Part shown: positions 16,015 to 27,118 of the stretch, piece after piece
How positions within the stretch are numbered: position 1 is the stretch's first letter
Layout: the number at the start of each line of letters is the position of its first letter
Assembly (NCBI GenBank): GCA_951406725.2
Contig: OX597834.1
Span: forward strand, 31,806,001 to 31,870,000
DNA length: 64,000 bases
Source: Octopus vulgaris
Taxonomy: Eukaryota
Direction of reading: 5' to 3'
Program-made: the position numbers and the translations under genes
Notes under the pieces: generated by a model
What the model was told of the DNA's origin: nothing
Seen by the model: the letters and a program-made list of their open reading frames with translations, nothing else
Database searches by the model: none

Positions 16015-16029
16015 TGACGCACGCGCATT

Positions 16030-16385
16030 TTAGGAGCACTCCGTCGGTTACGACGATGAGGGTCCCAGCTGATACGATCAACGGAACAGCTTGCTCGTGG
16101 AATTAACGTGCAAGTGGCTGAGCATTCCACAGACACGTGTACCCTTAACGTAGTTCTCGAGGAGATTCAGCGTGACACAGAGTGTGACAAGGCTGGCCCT
16201 TTGAAATACAGGTACAACAGAAACAGGAAGAAAGAGTGAGAGAAAGTTGTGGTGAAAGAGTACAGCTTCGTGAAGCTTTAGGTGTTTTCGCTCAATCAAC
16301 ACTCACAATGCCCGGTCTGGGAATCGAAACCGCGATCTTACGACCGCGAGTCCGCTGCCCTAACCACTGGGCCATTGCGCCTCCA
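16030..16385 (-). mobile_element. tRNA-derived SINE family 3 (related copies at about 35150-35455 and 55770-56080)
   Basis: Minus strand ggaggcgcaatggcccagtggttagggcagcggactcgcggtc...ggtttcgattccc has intact A and B boxes followed by a non-tRNA body. Confidence 0.85.
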
Positions 16386-17200
16386 CGACGCACGCACAGA
16401 CACACATGTTAACATATCAATAAATCTCTTAATCATTCGAAGCGGTTGTGTCTCTCTTCCCATCTGGCATTTATTTGTACCATTCATTTCTCGGCCGCGT
16501 GATGTGGTACTAAACAGCCATTCTCGCACCTCCCATCGCACGGTACTTACAATAGAAAAAAAAAAAAAGGGGGTGAGAACCACTGACTTAGACTCACCCT
16601 AATTGCGGCGGCAAATATTTAGGGGTCAAAAGTACACTAAAGCATATGATAAAGGCTCAACTTCGCCTTAGGGACCAAGGGTGATTTTTGGAGGTCTTAT
16701 TTTGAAGAAAAAGCGCATCTTATATGCCATTAAATATGGTAAATTTCGGTATTTGCCCTGGATCTTTACATTATGAATTCAAATCCCGCCGAGGTCAGTT
16801 CTATCTTTCAATCGTTCAATGAGGAGGGGATCAATAAAATAAAGGACCAGTCAAGTACTGAAGGGCGGGGATGGGGGCGTTTAGTCAAAGGCATCGACTA
16901 AATCTTTTTGCTTTAAAATTACTAGACTCGAGCCTAATCTACAAATCATTTTTGAAAGTGGTAAAGAATGATTTGAGAGAGATTTAGCTGCTACTTCTAG
17001 CAAGTCGGGTGGCCAGTTAGAAGTCGGCGCATCAAAAAGGTCTGCGTACCTTAAGTGTCTTTCCAGCTTATCAGACTCCAAAGTTCATGCGAAGTTTTGG
17101 AAAGATAACATTTATAGCAGAAACCTTGTACAATGGCGGGACACTTGAAACTCCTTATAAATCACGTTGTTGTAAATAATAGCGTGGGAATTTTGGGTTA

Positions 17201-17201
17201 T

Positions 17202-17233
<32 letters not shown>

Positions 17234-18185
17234 ATTTGGCTCAAAAGCAAATAGCAAGGCCATGGAGTTAAGTACAGGGTGGTGTTCATGTAAAGAGTTC
17301 AGGCCACTTGAGGTCAAGGGAGGCTTTGAACAAAGCGGTCGTCGGCATCTTCACCATCTCGTCTGGCAGCTTGTTCCACGGATCCGCAACCCGGACGGAG
17401 AAAGCTCCTCTCCTTCGATTGAGATGAAATCGTCGCAGGTAGAGCTTTTCGGAATGACCCCGCAGCCGACGTTGTGGAGCAGGAGTGAAGAACAGCTCTT
17501 TCGAGAGGTTACACTTTCCGCTTATGATGTTGTGGGCGAGAATGAGATCACCACGGCGGCGGCGTTTTTCAAGAGAATAAAGGTCGAGCGTCCTCAGCCT
17601 TTCTTCATAGGACAAATTTTTGAGACCATGAACCATGCAGGTAGCCAGCTTCTGGACTCTTTCGAGGTGCTGTATGTCTTTGAGGAGATAAGGAGAAGAG
17701 GCTTGAATCCCGTACTCCAATATGGGTCTCACCAGCGTGACAGAGTGGTAGGAATATAGCTGCTGTGAGCATTCCGAATGCGTGCTTTGTTGGCAGCATG
17801 GACGCACTGGGCCGAAGGCGAAAAAAAAGAGGAATCCACCAAGACACCCAGGTCCTTTACCTGATCGGTCCTCTCCAGCAGCAGACGACCCGGCTCGAAA
17901 TCAAGTTGCAGGAGGAGAGCCAACAGGCAGATGACAGCACTTTGATACGTTCAGACACAGGTCCCATTCGTTAGACCACTTCCAAATTTGGTGGAGGCAT
18001 CGACGAAGATCCTCTATATCACCGCGAGGAGCGACCAGTTTGATATCGTCGGCAAATAGAAGGGTGTGTTGCGTGAGGTCGTCGGGCAAGTCATTTATGA
18101 AGACTAAGAACAATAAGGGCCCAAGCACTGAACCTTGAGGCACGCCACTGCTCGCACTGGAGACGTCGGACCGCGAACCATTAAC
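17201..18185 (-). mobile_element. 5'-truncated CR1-group LINE with (TAAC)n tail
   Basis: PQGSVLGPLLFLVFINDL, LFADDIKL, KDLGVLVD, LVRPILEYG, LERVQK, LSYEERL..LDLYSLEKRRRRGDLI; stop at 17286; tetranucleotide tail 17201-17232; several frameshifts. Confidence 0.95.
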
Positions 18186-18534
18186 TTGGACTTGGAAGGA
18201 GCGATCTGAGAGGAAGGCACCAACCCATCGTACAATATCCGGATGGAAACTATATGCTTGAAGCTTGACAAAAACCTTTTGGAGAGAAAAAGTCGAAGAT
18301 ATTCCTTCGATTTTCTCTGTTTTAGAAACTTCGTTCCGATCAATGAGAATTGAATGTCATTTGGTCCAATTGTGGAACGTCTCTCATGTTTACAGCTGCG
18401 GATTCGAGTCCAACCTGCGGCCTTCTATTTTTTTTAATATCCAAAAGGATTTCGCTGGTTGCTTGTCGTTTAAATAGCGAAAAAATGAAAATATATTTCG
18501 TTGGCTGCGTGAAGCAAACACGCGAACATTGGGC

Positions 18535-18975
18535 GAAATGCGTAGCCGTATTTCGCCTGCCGTTACGTTCTGAGTTCAAATTCCGCCGAGGTCGACTTTG
18601 CCTTTCATCCTTTCGGGGTCGATAAATTAAGTACCTATTTCTTTATTACCCACAAGGGGCTAAACATAGAGGGGACAAACAAGGACAGACATAGGTATTA
18701 AGTCGATTACATCGACCCCAGTGTGTAACTGGTACTTATTTAATCGACCCTGAAAGGATGAAAGGCAAAGTCGACCTTGGCGGAATTTGAACTCAGAACG
18801 TAGCAGCAGACGAAATACTGCTAAGCATTTCGCCCGGCGTGCTAACGATTCTGCCAGCTCGCCACTTTTAGAAGATAAATTAAGTACCAGTTACGCACTG
18901 GGGTCGATATAATCGACTTAATTCGTTTGTCTGTCCCCTCTGTGTTTAGCCCCTTGTGGGTAGTAAAGAAATAGG
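18535..18975. mobile_element. SINE family 2 nested in inverted orientation inside another family-2 copy
   Basis: 15-bp TSD gataaattaagtacc at 18621-18635 and 18874-18888; central domain gcctttcatcctttcggggtcgataaa resembles the Meta/Sauria-type SINE domain. Confidence 0.85.
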
Positions 18976-19221
18976 TATTTATTGCTGGGAGTATAAATAT
19001 TAGGTATTGGTTATTTACAATGAATAATATAAATAATTAAAAGAAAAACCGCGCCGAATCTGTAGAAGTTACTTATGGGGCATCGTATGAACGTTCAGAA
19101 TGGGTCTGTCCAAGAACTGTCTGTATGGCAAGAGTGGAAGCACGAGACATTCTGCTGCAATTAACTGACCGCCAAACACGGTTGTTATAGACCCTTCGAG
19201 AAAAACCACTATAGACCCTTT

Positions 19222-19670
19222 TTAAAAATAGAAATAATATATTTCTGAATCTCTCAGAGAGATTTTTGCAGTAGCAGCACGATAAAATAAAGTGATAGTA
19301 TGTTGTCAACTTAATGTGACAGTCCCATGAAAGGGAAGGGTGCTACTGTTATTTAGCCCTGGGAAACACCGTTTCCTGTTGGACTTGACACATTTCCTGT
19401 GTCCTTATGTTTTCAAAGGGGAGACAAGCACCTCCATCTAGTAAAGCCAGCATCCAGAGACTAGTTTCAGAGTCATTGCTCATCATTAAGTTGACAACAT
19501 GCTATCACTTTATCCTGCTGTTACTGCATAAATCTCTCTGAGAGATTTAGAAATATATTATTTCTGTTTTCAAAAATCAGTGAATGTATTTCACTTGAAA
19601 TATATATATGTTTTCAAAGGCGGATAGGCATCGACAGCTAGCAAACCATGCTACTCCAGACTGATGATGA
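19222..19670. mobile_element. Penelope-like element remnant with ~95-bp inverted arms and a split hammerhead
   Basis: Arms 19222-19316 / 19484-19573 are reverse complements; internal 19330-19486 is homologous (reverse) to 3055-3220; minus strand reads ATGAtgagcaatgactct-GAAA-ctag-TC-tctgga. Confidence 0.55.
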
Positions 19671-19719
19671 TGATAGATCGGTTTATAGAGTGATTACGTG
19701 AAACTATGGTGGTTCACTT

Positions 19720-20310
19720 GTGATGTCTGACCGATTGGTTTGGGTTTCGAATCACTGGGCGTCCATTTAGGTAAACAACATTCTGTGCCGTATAAATATG
19801 TCCCTCCTTTAAGAAACAGATTGGGTTTATTTACATTTGTGAAGAAAAAAAGATACCATTCCCCCCACCTCTAACCCTAAATCTAAAATAGATTGAAGTG
19901 CAGTAGATCGATACTAGGATCATTTTCTCTAGCGGTGTCATATGAAATTGTCACCCATAATTATGATCCTAGTATCGATCTATTGTATTTCAATCTCTTT
20001 TAGGGTTAGAGGTGGGGGAAGGGTATCTTTTTTTCTTCACAAATGTAAATAAACCCAATCTGTTTCTTAAACGAGGGACATATTCATATGGCACAGAATG
20101 CTTTCACCTCAATAGACGGTCAGTGATTGGTTAAAATTGCCGAAATGCAAGAAATTAGAGACGAAATATGTTACAAACTATAGAATTTTCTCAAGAAAGC
20201 CATAAGAAAATGATGTTTTATAAACACATTCTACCAGAATACGAAATTTAAAATTTTTTTAGTTACCTAGAAATTATGTCGAAAACTGCCGTTCAAACCG
20301 AAAAAATCCA
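19720..20310. mobile_element. Rearranged GGATC-MITE copy (inverted partial plus forward copy, fold-back)
   Basis: 19780-19923 is the reverse complement of 19963-20100; right TIR at about 20283-20309. Confidence 0.8.
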
Positions 20311-20703
20311 ATTCTATCGTTTGTAAGATATTTGATGTTTTGATTTCGACTTTTTTTTAGATGACAAGAAACGTATAGGGCCGACTCGAGCCGGGGTTAA
20401 ATAAACGCAAAAACATCAACTGCTTCACGAAGTATTAACAAGAGTTATCTCCTTTAAGAAGAGTTATTTCCCTTAGCTACAGTCAGCCAAAAGGAAAGAA
20501 TTACGTAAGAAAGCAAAATGAAAATTAAATATGTATTTAGGTGAAACCCGGGGATATTCCACCGAAGAGGCAATTTATACAACATTCTCATCATATTTTT
20601 TTTATTTAAAAAATTCTGCTGTTACGACGTAGAGCTACACGTGAAACGCAACAAAAATTTCTGCTGTTTACATTACTGTAAGATAAATTCTTGTAGTTTT
20701 TTT

Positions 20704-21119
20704 GGATCTTTTCGGTTTGAACGGCAGTTTTTTCTAGCGGTGTCATATGAAATTGTCACCCATAATTATGACCTAGTATCGATCTATTGCATTTCAATCT
20801 GTTTTAGGGTTAGGGTTAGGAGTGGGGGAAGGGTATCTTTTTTATTCAGAAATGTAAATAAACCCAATCTGTTTCTTAAACGAGGGACATATTCATACGG
20901 CACAGAATGTTTTATACCTCAATAGACTTCATTGATTGATTGAAATTGCAGAAATTGAAGAAAAAAAAACAACAAATATCTTACAAACCATAGAATTTTC
21001 TCAATAAAGCCAAAAGAAAAAGATGTTTTATAAACACATTCTACCAGTATACGAAGTTTAAAAGTGTTTAGTTACGTGGAAATTATTTTAAAAAACTGCT
21101 GTTCAAACCGAAAAGATCC
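20704..21119 (+). mobile_element. MITE with ~28-bp TIRs (GGATCTTTTCGGTTTGAACGGCAG) and 8-bp TSD
   Basis: TIRs at both ends; TSD gttttttt on both sides; internal ttagggttagggttagg. Confidence 0.85.
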
Positions 21120-22101
21120 GTTTTTTTTTTTTGGGTGAAAAATTATTCCTGAAGTTGCACTGTAGCTAGATCCTCGCTGGTTAAACCATCATCCCTGTCA
21201 TTAACGGATGGGGTGGGGGAAATGAAAAGCAACAATTGACTTGGATTATTAAATTGAATGCAATAATTTATAAATGCGTGTGTGATTATTAAGGTAGCAA
21301 GCTGACGAAATCCTCAGCACACCAGACAAAATGTTTAGCGGCATTTCGTTCGTCTTTACATTCTGAACTCAAATGCCTCCAGGGGCGACTTTGCCTTTGA
21401 TCCTCTCGGGTTTGATTAAATAAGACCAGTTGAGCACTAGGGCCGATCTAATCGGCTTAGCCTGTCTCCTGAAATTGCTGGCATTGTGCCGAAATTTGAA
21501 ACCAGTATGCATATATAATTTTCGTGTATAAACAAATATATACATTCACTTAAAGACACTCCTTATTTAATTGTAAAGTATATATATGAATATACAGTGC
21601 TCATACGCTAAACTAAATATATGGCACAGATACACTAAAACCAGAAATTGGGAGATGGAACATCATAGTCTGCCATAGTCATCAAAGTGAAGTCACCAGA
21701 ATAAAAGGAAGTGAGAGAAAAAAAATGGTAAGACAACCCCAATTCTCTATTTATGTTCTGGATTGGGTTACCGTTAACTCAGGTGGTAACTTGATCCCAC
21801 CAAAAGAAGTGGGAACCAGGCAGAGTGTGCTGGCTTATGTATGCAGTGACAAGAAGAATGAAAATATGATTTTACCTTTTGCTTTTAACTTATTTCAGTC
21901 ATTGGACTGCGGCCATGCTGGAGCAATATCCTGAAGGGTTTTAGTTGAACAAATTGACTCCAATACTGATTTTTTTTTTTTCAAGAATTGTACTTTAATT
22001 TTTCGTTTTTTTTATAAGGAAAAAGATATAGATATAGTCTTACAGCTGTCTCTGGGATATTATGGATATCCCTATTTACCTCTATTTAACCATCTCACAT
22101 C

Positions 22102-22140
22102 GTCTCTGATGAAGGAATATCCCAGAAACAGCAGTAAGAC
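22102..22140 (+). ncRNA. Minimal type-I hammerhead ribozyme motif
   Basis: gtct-CTGATGA-aggaatatccca-GAAA-cagcag-TA-agac; stem I gtct/agac; the inverted partner copy at 22037-22060 preserves the palindromic stem III cagctg. Confidence 0.65.
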
Positions 22141-22586
22141 TATATCTATATCTTTTTCCCTATAAATATCCTGAAAACTCCTCACAGCCTTGACTTTGTT
22201 ATCTCATTTTGTCTAATATATATATATTCATGCTAATACAAGACCCACGTAACACTCTTCATTCGTATCACTATTGAACCAAGAGTTTAACTACGGTCTG
22301 TCCATAGCACTTACTTAGCGTTACCTGCCACTCTTTGGGTCTTCTAGAAACCAATACCTCCCATATATGTATGTATCAAATTATGAATGTATGTGTATAT
22401 ATATATATATATATATCGCTAGCCTCTACACATTCTTTATTTTCTCTCCTTGTTTCTTTGTTCCTTTCTGTGGAAGAGCATAGGCACGAAAAATTAAAGA
22501 CTTTTTCACTTCCCAAGCATTAAACTAATACATCTGTTTGTTGTCTACACCACCTGTCTTCGTCTTTTGTTTTTTTGTGAATTCTT

Positions 22587-22629
<43 letters not shown>

Positions 22630-22679
22630 TCACACATATATGTATATGGCTGTATGTATAGTACACAAAATTTAACCTA

Positions 22680-23045
22680 CCAAAAACTAAATGTATATTT
22701 ATTAAAGCGTTATACATTGCATTTCAGGTGATCAAAAAAGAAAAGATGGAAAAATGCTGTATCATGAACCTTTAATTTATGTATCAAAACAGAAGATTTG
22801 TAGAATTTTGGGTATTATTTCTTCACCATTTCACATGTTTCATTCACTAATAGGAGTTACAAAATTGCACGTGTAGGATAAACATGTAGGATATCTCCTA
22901 TTAGAAATTCTTCAGTCAGAGAATCAAATAATGTTGTTTGATTCTGTCTGAAGATACTGGAATTGGTCAAATTGATATAAACAACTCTGATCAGAATCGA
23001 ATAATATTCAAAAATTGATTAAGGGTGGTCATCGTTATTTTCAAT
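22680..23045 (-). other. Candidate terminal exon / 3' UTR of the divergent transcript
   Basis: Minus-strand acceptor tgtttctctgcag| at 23045 and AATAAA at 22703-22698; non-repetitive sequence. Confidence 0.3.
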
Positions 23046-24564
23046 CTGCAGAGAAACAGCATGTGAGAGAGTGGGGTGTGGGGGTGTATGTAACAAATTC
23101 TATGTTGATTCAGAAGTTAGCAGGAATGTAATGGATGCTGTGTTACAGATGCATTGGTTATCGGCATAAATGACAAGAACTAAATAACGGTTAAAAAGGC
23201 TTTTATTGACCATTACAAAAGAGAACAACAGCTTCTGAGTTGTTGTTGTTTGTGTAAGTTTTTGTGGTCATTTGTTGGTTACTGCTAAGTGGCCAAAGGA
23301 AGAAAGTGTGAGAGAGAGAGACTAAGAGAATTTACCTCTCTGGGCAGTTAATTAGAGAGAGTGAAAGTTGTGTGTTATCTCGGTGACAGCCTTGAGTAAA
23401 GTGAAAGAGACAGTTTTCTCTATCTGACAATGATGAAAAAATAAAGCCAGGATGCGCTTCTGCCAAATCCTGAGTAAAAGAGAGAAGCATGTTAACACTA
23501 TCAACCGGCAAGTGAAAAGGAAGCATGTACCTCCAGCAAGGTGTCATGTAAAAAGAGGAAGAATTCTATTTTGGTGTTCTGTATCAGTAATAATAAAAGA
23601 GAAATTCTGTCTGTTCGTCTAGGACACCAGTATCTCAGTCTAGATTTACTCTACAAAGACATATTATACCTTTGTGGAATCAGGGTGATCCCAGAGATTG
23701 AAAATCTGCCCTTCATTTGGTTCAGTATATGATTTAAAAGCATTTGGGTTGCTATTTCTAGCAGTAAAGTTTGGCTAATTCATGCCATCTCAGTCGGTGT
23801 TTGTTTGTTGATGTCAGAGATCAAGAGGGACATAAATGGCATTTGCTTTGTTAATTTTATGTTGAGATAAATTGGCCAACAGTTGGGATTTGAACAATAG
23901 AAAGATTGCATTACAGAATTAATTCTCATCCATCCTTAACCTCTAATCAAACTCCACCAGGGTATATAGTCATGCTATTCAGCTCTCCTTAGTTTTGGGT
24001 CACAGGCCAAATTAGCCCTCTGCAGGAGCTAGCATGAAAGTCCACAGGGAGTTCGGGAGTTTTAAAGCTAGTTCATAGCAATTTCCATCATAAAGAAGGT
24101 CAGGAGAACAAAAGATTCTTTGTTGGTTATCTAGGCTGAACTGTTCTTGACCTACATATTCAAACAGTTAACAGATGGTTCACACATTTTTGAGGTGCAG
24201 TTTGACAAAACAAAGGAAAGAAGCTAGCAGGAACATTTGAGCTAAAGGTTCAATTCCTAGTTGAAACTTACCGTTTCATACATGTTTATATCCAATTCAA
24301 TCATAAAGAATTTAACATATATGCATTTATGAGTTGTTTTTTTTTCTCATTGTTTCAGTCATTTGACTGTGGCTATGCTGGAGCACTGCCTTTAGTCAAA
24401 CAAATCGACCCCGGGACTGATTTTTTTCTATTTTTTTTTCTAATAATAATTATATATATATATATATATATATATAGTTAATCCAAACATGAAAACACAA
24501 CAACGCGAGGACATGGAACAAATATAGTATTATTGGACGCTCAGGAAGGAAGGGAAGAAGGAGG

Positions 24565-24599
24565 GTTTAACGTTTCAAGCGGAGCTCTTCGTCGGAAAC
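24565..24599 (-). ncRNA. Variant minimal hammerhead-like motif in a Penelope-like repeat end
   Basis: Minus strand gttt-CCGACGA-agagctccgctt-GAAA-cg-TT-aaac; stem I gttt/aaac; non-canonical C at core position 4. Confidence 0.45.
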
Positions 24600-25219
24600 A
24601 TAGGAGAAGGAAAGATCCAGAGAAGGGAAGACAGAGGGAAAAAAATCGCCAACGGTACACACGCGGTCACATTTTGAATATATATATATATATGACAGGC
24701 TTCTTTCAGTTTCCCTCTACCAAATCAACTCACAAGGCTTTGGTTGGCCCAAGGCTATAACAGAAGACACTTGCCCAAGGTGCCACACCTTGGCTGAAAC
24801 TTCATAAAAAAGTTTAAAAAATAATGGGTTCACTACAGTAAGTTTTATTTTGTGAAAAAACAGTTGCTTTGAATTTACTTGAGAAAGAGGTCTATGTCTG
24901 TGATGGTTAGGTGGGGTGGGGCGCTAGGAACGTGGCCTGGGCGTCAAGAGGGCGGCAACCCGAAAAATTTCGGAACCACAGTTCTAGACCATCTGAAAGG
25001 TATTTGTAGAAATTTCCTTGGCAAAATATCCATTTCTCTGAAATTTATAATGGAACAAAGCTGTGTGTGGGGTACACTTGTGTAGGTATGCACAATTTCT
25101 TTTTTAAAATTCGTCTTTTTTCTTTTGCGAGTGATTAACCAACGCCGCTTAGATTTCCTCCTCTTCCAATGACTAAGAGAAAACAGCATTTCATTTAGAT
25201 TCTTATGCGTGCGTCTTAC

Positions 25220-25305
25220 CTTCCATACTTTCGCCTCAGCTCTGGAGTTTGTTTACACAGATGGAAGTACTTCAAACGAAACGACAAGTTCTTCAATATT
25301 CGCAT
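25220..25305 (-). CDS. Candidate first exon of a small divergently transcribed gene or lncRNA
   Basis: Minus strand ATG at 25305, open frame MRILKNLSFRLKYFHLCKQTPELRRKYG then AG|GTAAGA donor; lies head-to-head with exon A. Coding status uncertain. Confidence 0.35.
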
Positions 25306-25584
25306 CGTTTGACTCGACTAATAAGCTATACGACCGAAAATTGTAAGAGCAGTTAGTGAAATAACGATCAAAGAGAGAGAAGGGGAAAATAAAAAGCGAT
25401 AAGTCATGCACAGTTACTTTTGTATTGCTTAGCTTTGTTTCGAGGACCGTGACCGTTTATTTTTACGTTCCGCAATTTTGTGTCAACCTTAAACCAGCAC
25501 TACATTCGCTGTTGTCCAAGACACACCGGCGGGAGAATCGAACCACTTGAATTTCTGCAAGAATTCTCCGTAAAACCTTTTGCA
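25306..25584. promoter_or_regulatory. Putative (bidirectional) promoter / 5' UTR region
   Basis: Repeat-free, CpG-retaining interval between two outward-facing ATG + donor exons. Confidence 0.5.
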
Positions 25585-25755
25585 ATGGCACAGAAAATGG
25601 ATATCAACGTTATGCCAGTGATCGGTGGAGTGTGCTGTTATTGTATACTGCTTTTATACCTGGGCAAGAAATTCTGGTACTATTTTGATTTCTTCTTGTC
25701 GCTCGTAGCAGGAACAGGTCTGTTGACGCTGGCACCACAGTTTATTAAAACCCAG
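25585..25755 (+). CDS. First coding exon A of a multi-pass membrane protein gene (TP53I11/PIG11-like motif pattern)
   Basis: ATG in good context (gcaATGg) at 25585; 57 codons MAQKMDINVMPVIGGVCCYCILLLYLGKKFWYYFDFFLSLVAGTGLLTLAPQFIKTQ with two hydrophobic segments; consensus donor CAG|GTAAGT in phase 0; non-repetitive, CpG-retaining context. Confidence 0.8.
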
Positions 25756-27076
25756 GTAAGTTCTGCTTTAGATTACTCTCAACACCTGAGTCCAGAGACG
25801 ACGAGGCAACGGGGGAGTGGGGAACCCGGTCTCGTTTCATTTTATATTCTATGTTCTCGAAGTCTCTACATTTCACGATATTGTTAAACCCAAGGGCAGT
25901 CTTCATCCGGTATCCCCCTGTGCGGGGGTATCCCGTCCTATATTTGTATTTTTCAGACATATATCTACAACTACACTCTCCAGTATATTCTTTATATATA
26001 CATATTAAAAAAAAACAATTGGGTGTGGATGTAGAGAGAGCGCGGGAGCTATCACTTGTCTATATTTAGCAGGTCAAACGACGAAGAAGCGGCCTCTTCT
26101 TCCTCGTTAGGTCTGTCTAATTAGTGTTTGCAGCGTGGATGGTCGCATAATATTTAGGGCCGTTGTTATTTAATATACTGCGGAAAACTAGCTGGAATGC
26201 TTTAGCGTTGGTATATAGGGGTAGATTGACAGGTCGAATAAACACAAAATGCGTCTTCACCCAGATAACCAGGCGTGGGTGGCAGATAAGCAAGTTGGCG
26301 CTTTTTTCTTTTTTTTTCAGTTTGTCCATTCGTCTTTGTATTTTAAAATCTATTGATGCCTGGCATTTATATTTTATTTTGTGTATAAAATACAAAACGA
26401 TAATTCTGGTCTCGGGTCCTTATTTAATTCGCCCGGTTCAACTTTTAGTTTCCGATACTATTACAGCATTTCTTATATTAATTTGAAAACTTTATTCTCA
26501 GCTCCTATTGTGTGTATATTTTAAACCGGATAAAGACAACGTAAGAGTCTAAGATGGGTCTTCAGTATCTGACGATGCCGTGACTTTATTTCATGTAATT
26601 TCATGTATCAATATTTGCTTCACTTTTCAATGACGTTATTTTCATGGTCGTTCCATCTCGTTCCATCACGCCTGAAAAAAAAATCGTTATTTTACAAGGT
26701 GCTGCGTACATTTATGTATCTTTTGTCCTTTACTTGTTTGTCATTGGACTGCGGACATCGATCCCAGTAATTACTTTTAAAGCCTGGTACTTCTCCTCGA
26801 TCGGTGTCTTTTTGCCGAACTGCTAAGTTACTGAGACGTAAACAAACTAACACAAGTTGTCAAGCGATGATGGGCGACAAACACAAACACACACATAATT
26901 AATATGACTGGTTCATTCAGTTTCCGTTTATCAAATCAACTCACAAAGCTTTGGTCAACCAAGAATTATAGTAAAGGATACATGCCCGAGGTGCCACACA
27001 ATGGTACTGAACACCAAAGAATACGGTTGGGGAAGCAAACTTCTCACCACACAGCCACACCTGCACCTATATATGT

Positions 27077-27118
<42 letters not shown>

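Noticed and set aside
16300-16385. tRNA gene
   Set aside because: The A/B-box head runs into a repeated SINE body; no proper acceptor stem or Pol III terminator.
17262-17759. 165-aa plus-strand ORF
   Set aside because: Antisense shadow of the CR1 RT fragment.
20810-20830. Telomere remnant or fusion site
   Set aside because: Only 2-3 TTAGGG units, internal to a multi-copy MITE.
23332-23547. Minus-strand 71-aa ORF as a coding exon
   Set aside because: No convincing in-frame acceptor and no recognisable protein.
24268-24350. Minus-strand exon ending at a strong GTAAGT donor (24271)
   Set aside because: No acceptor upstream; the sequence abuts a SINE tail.
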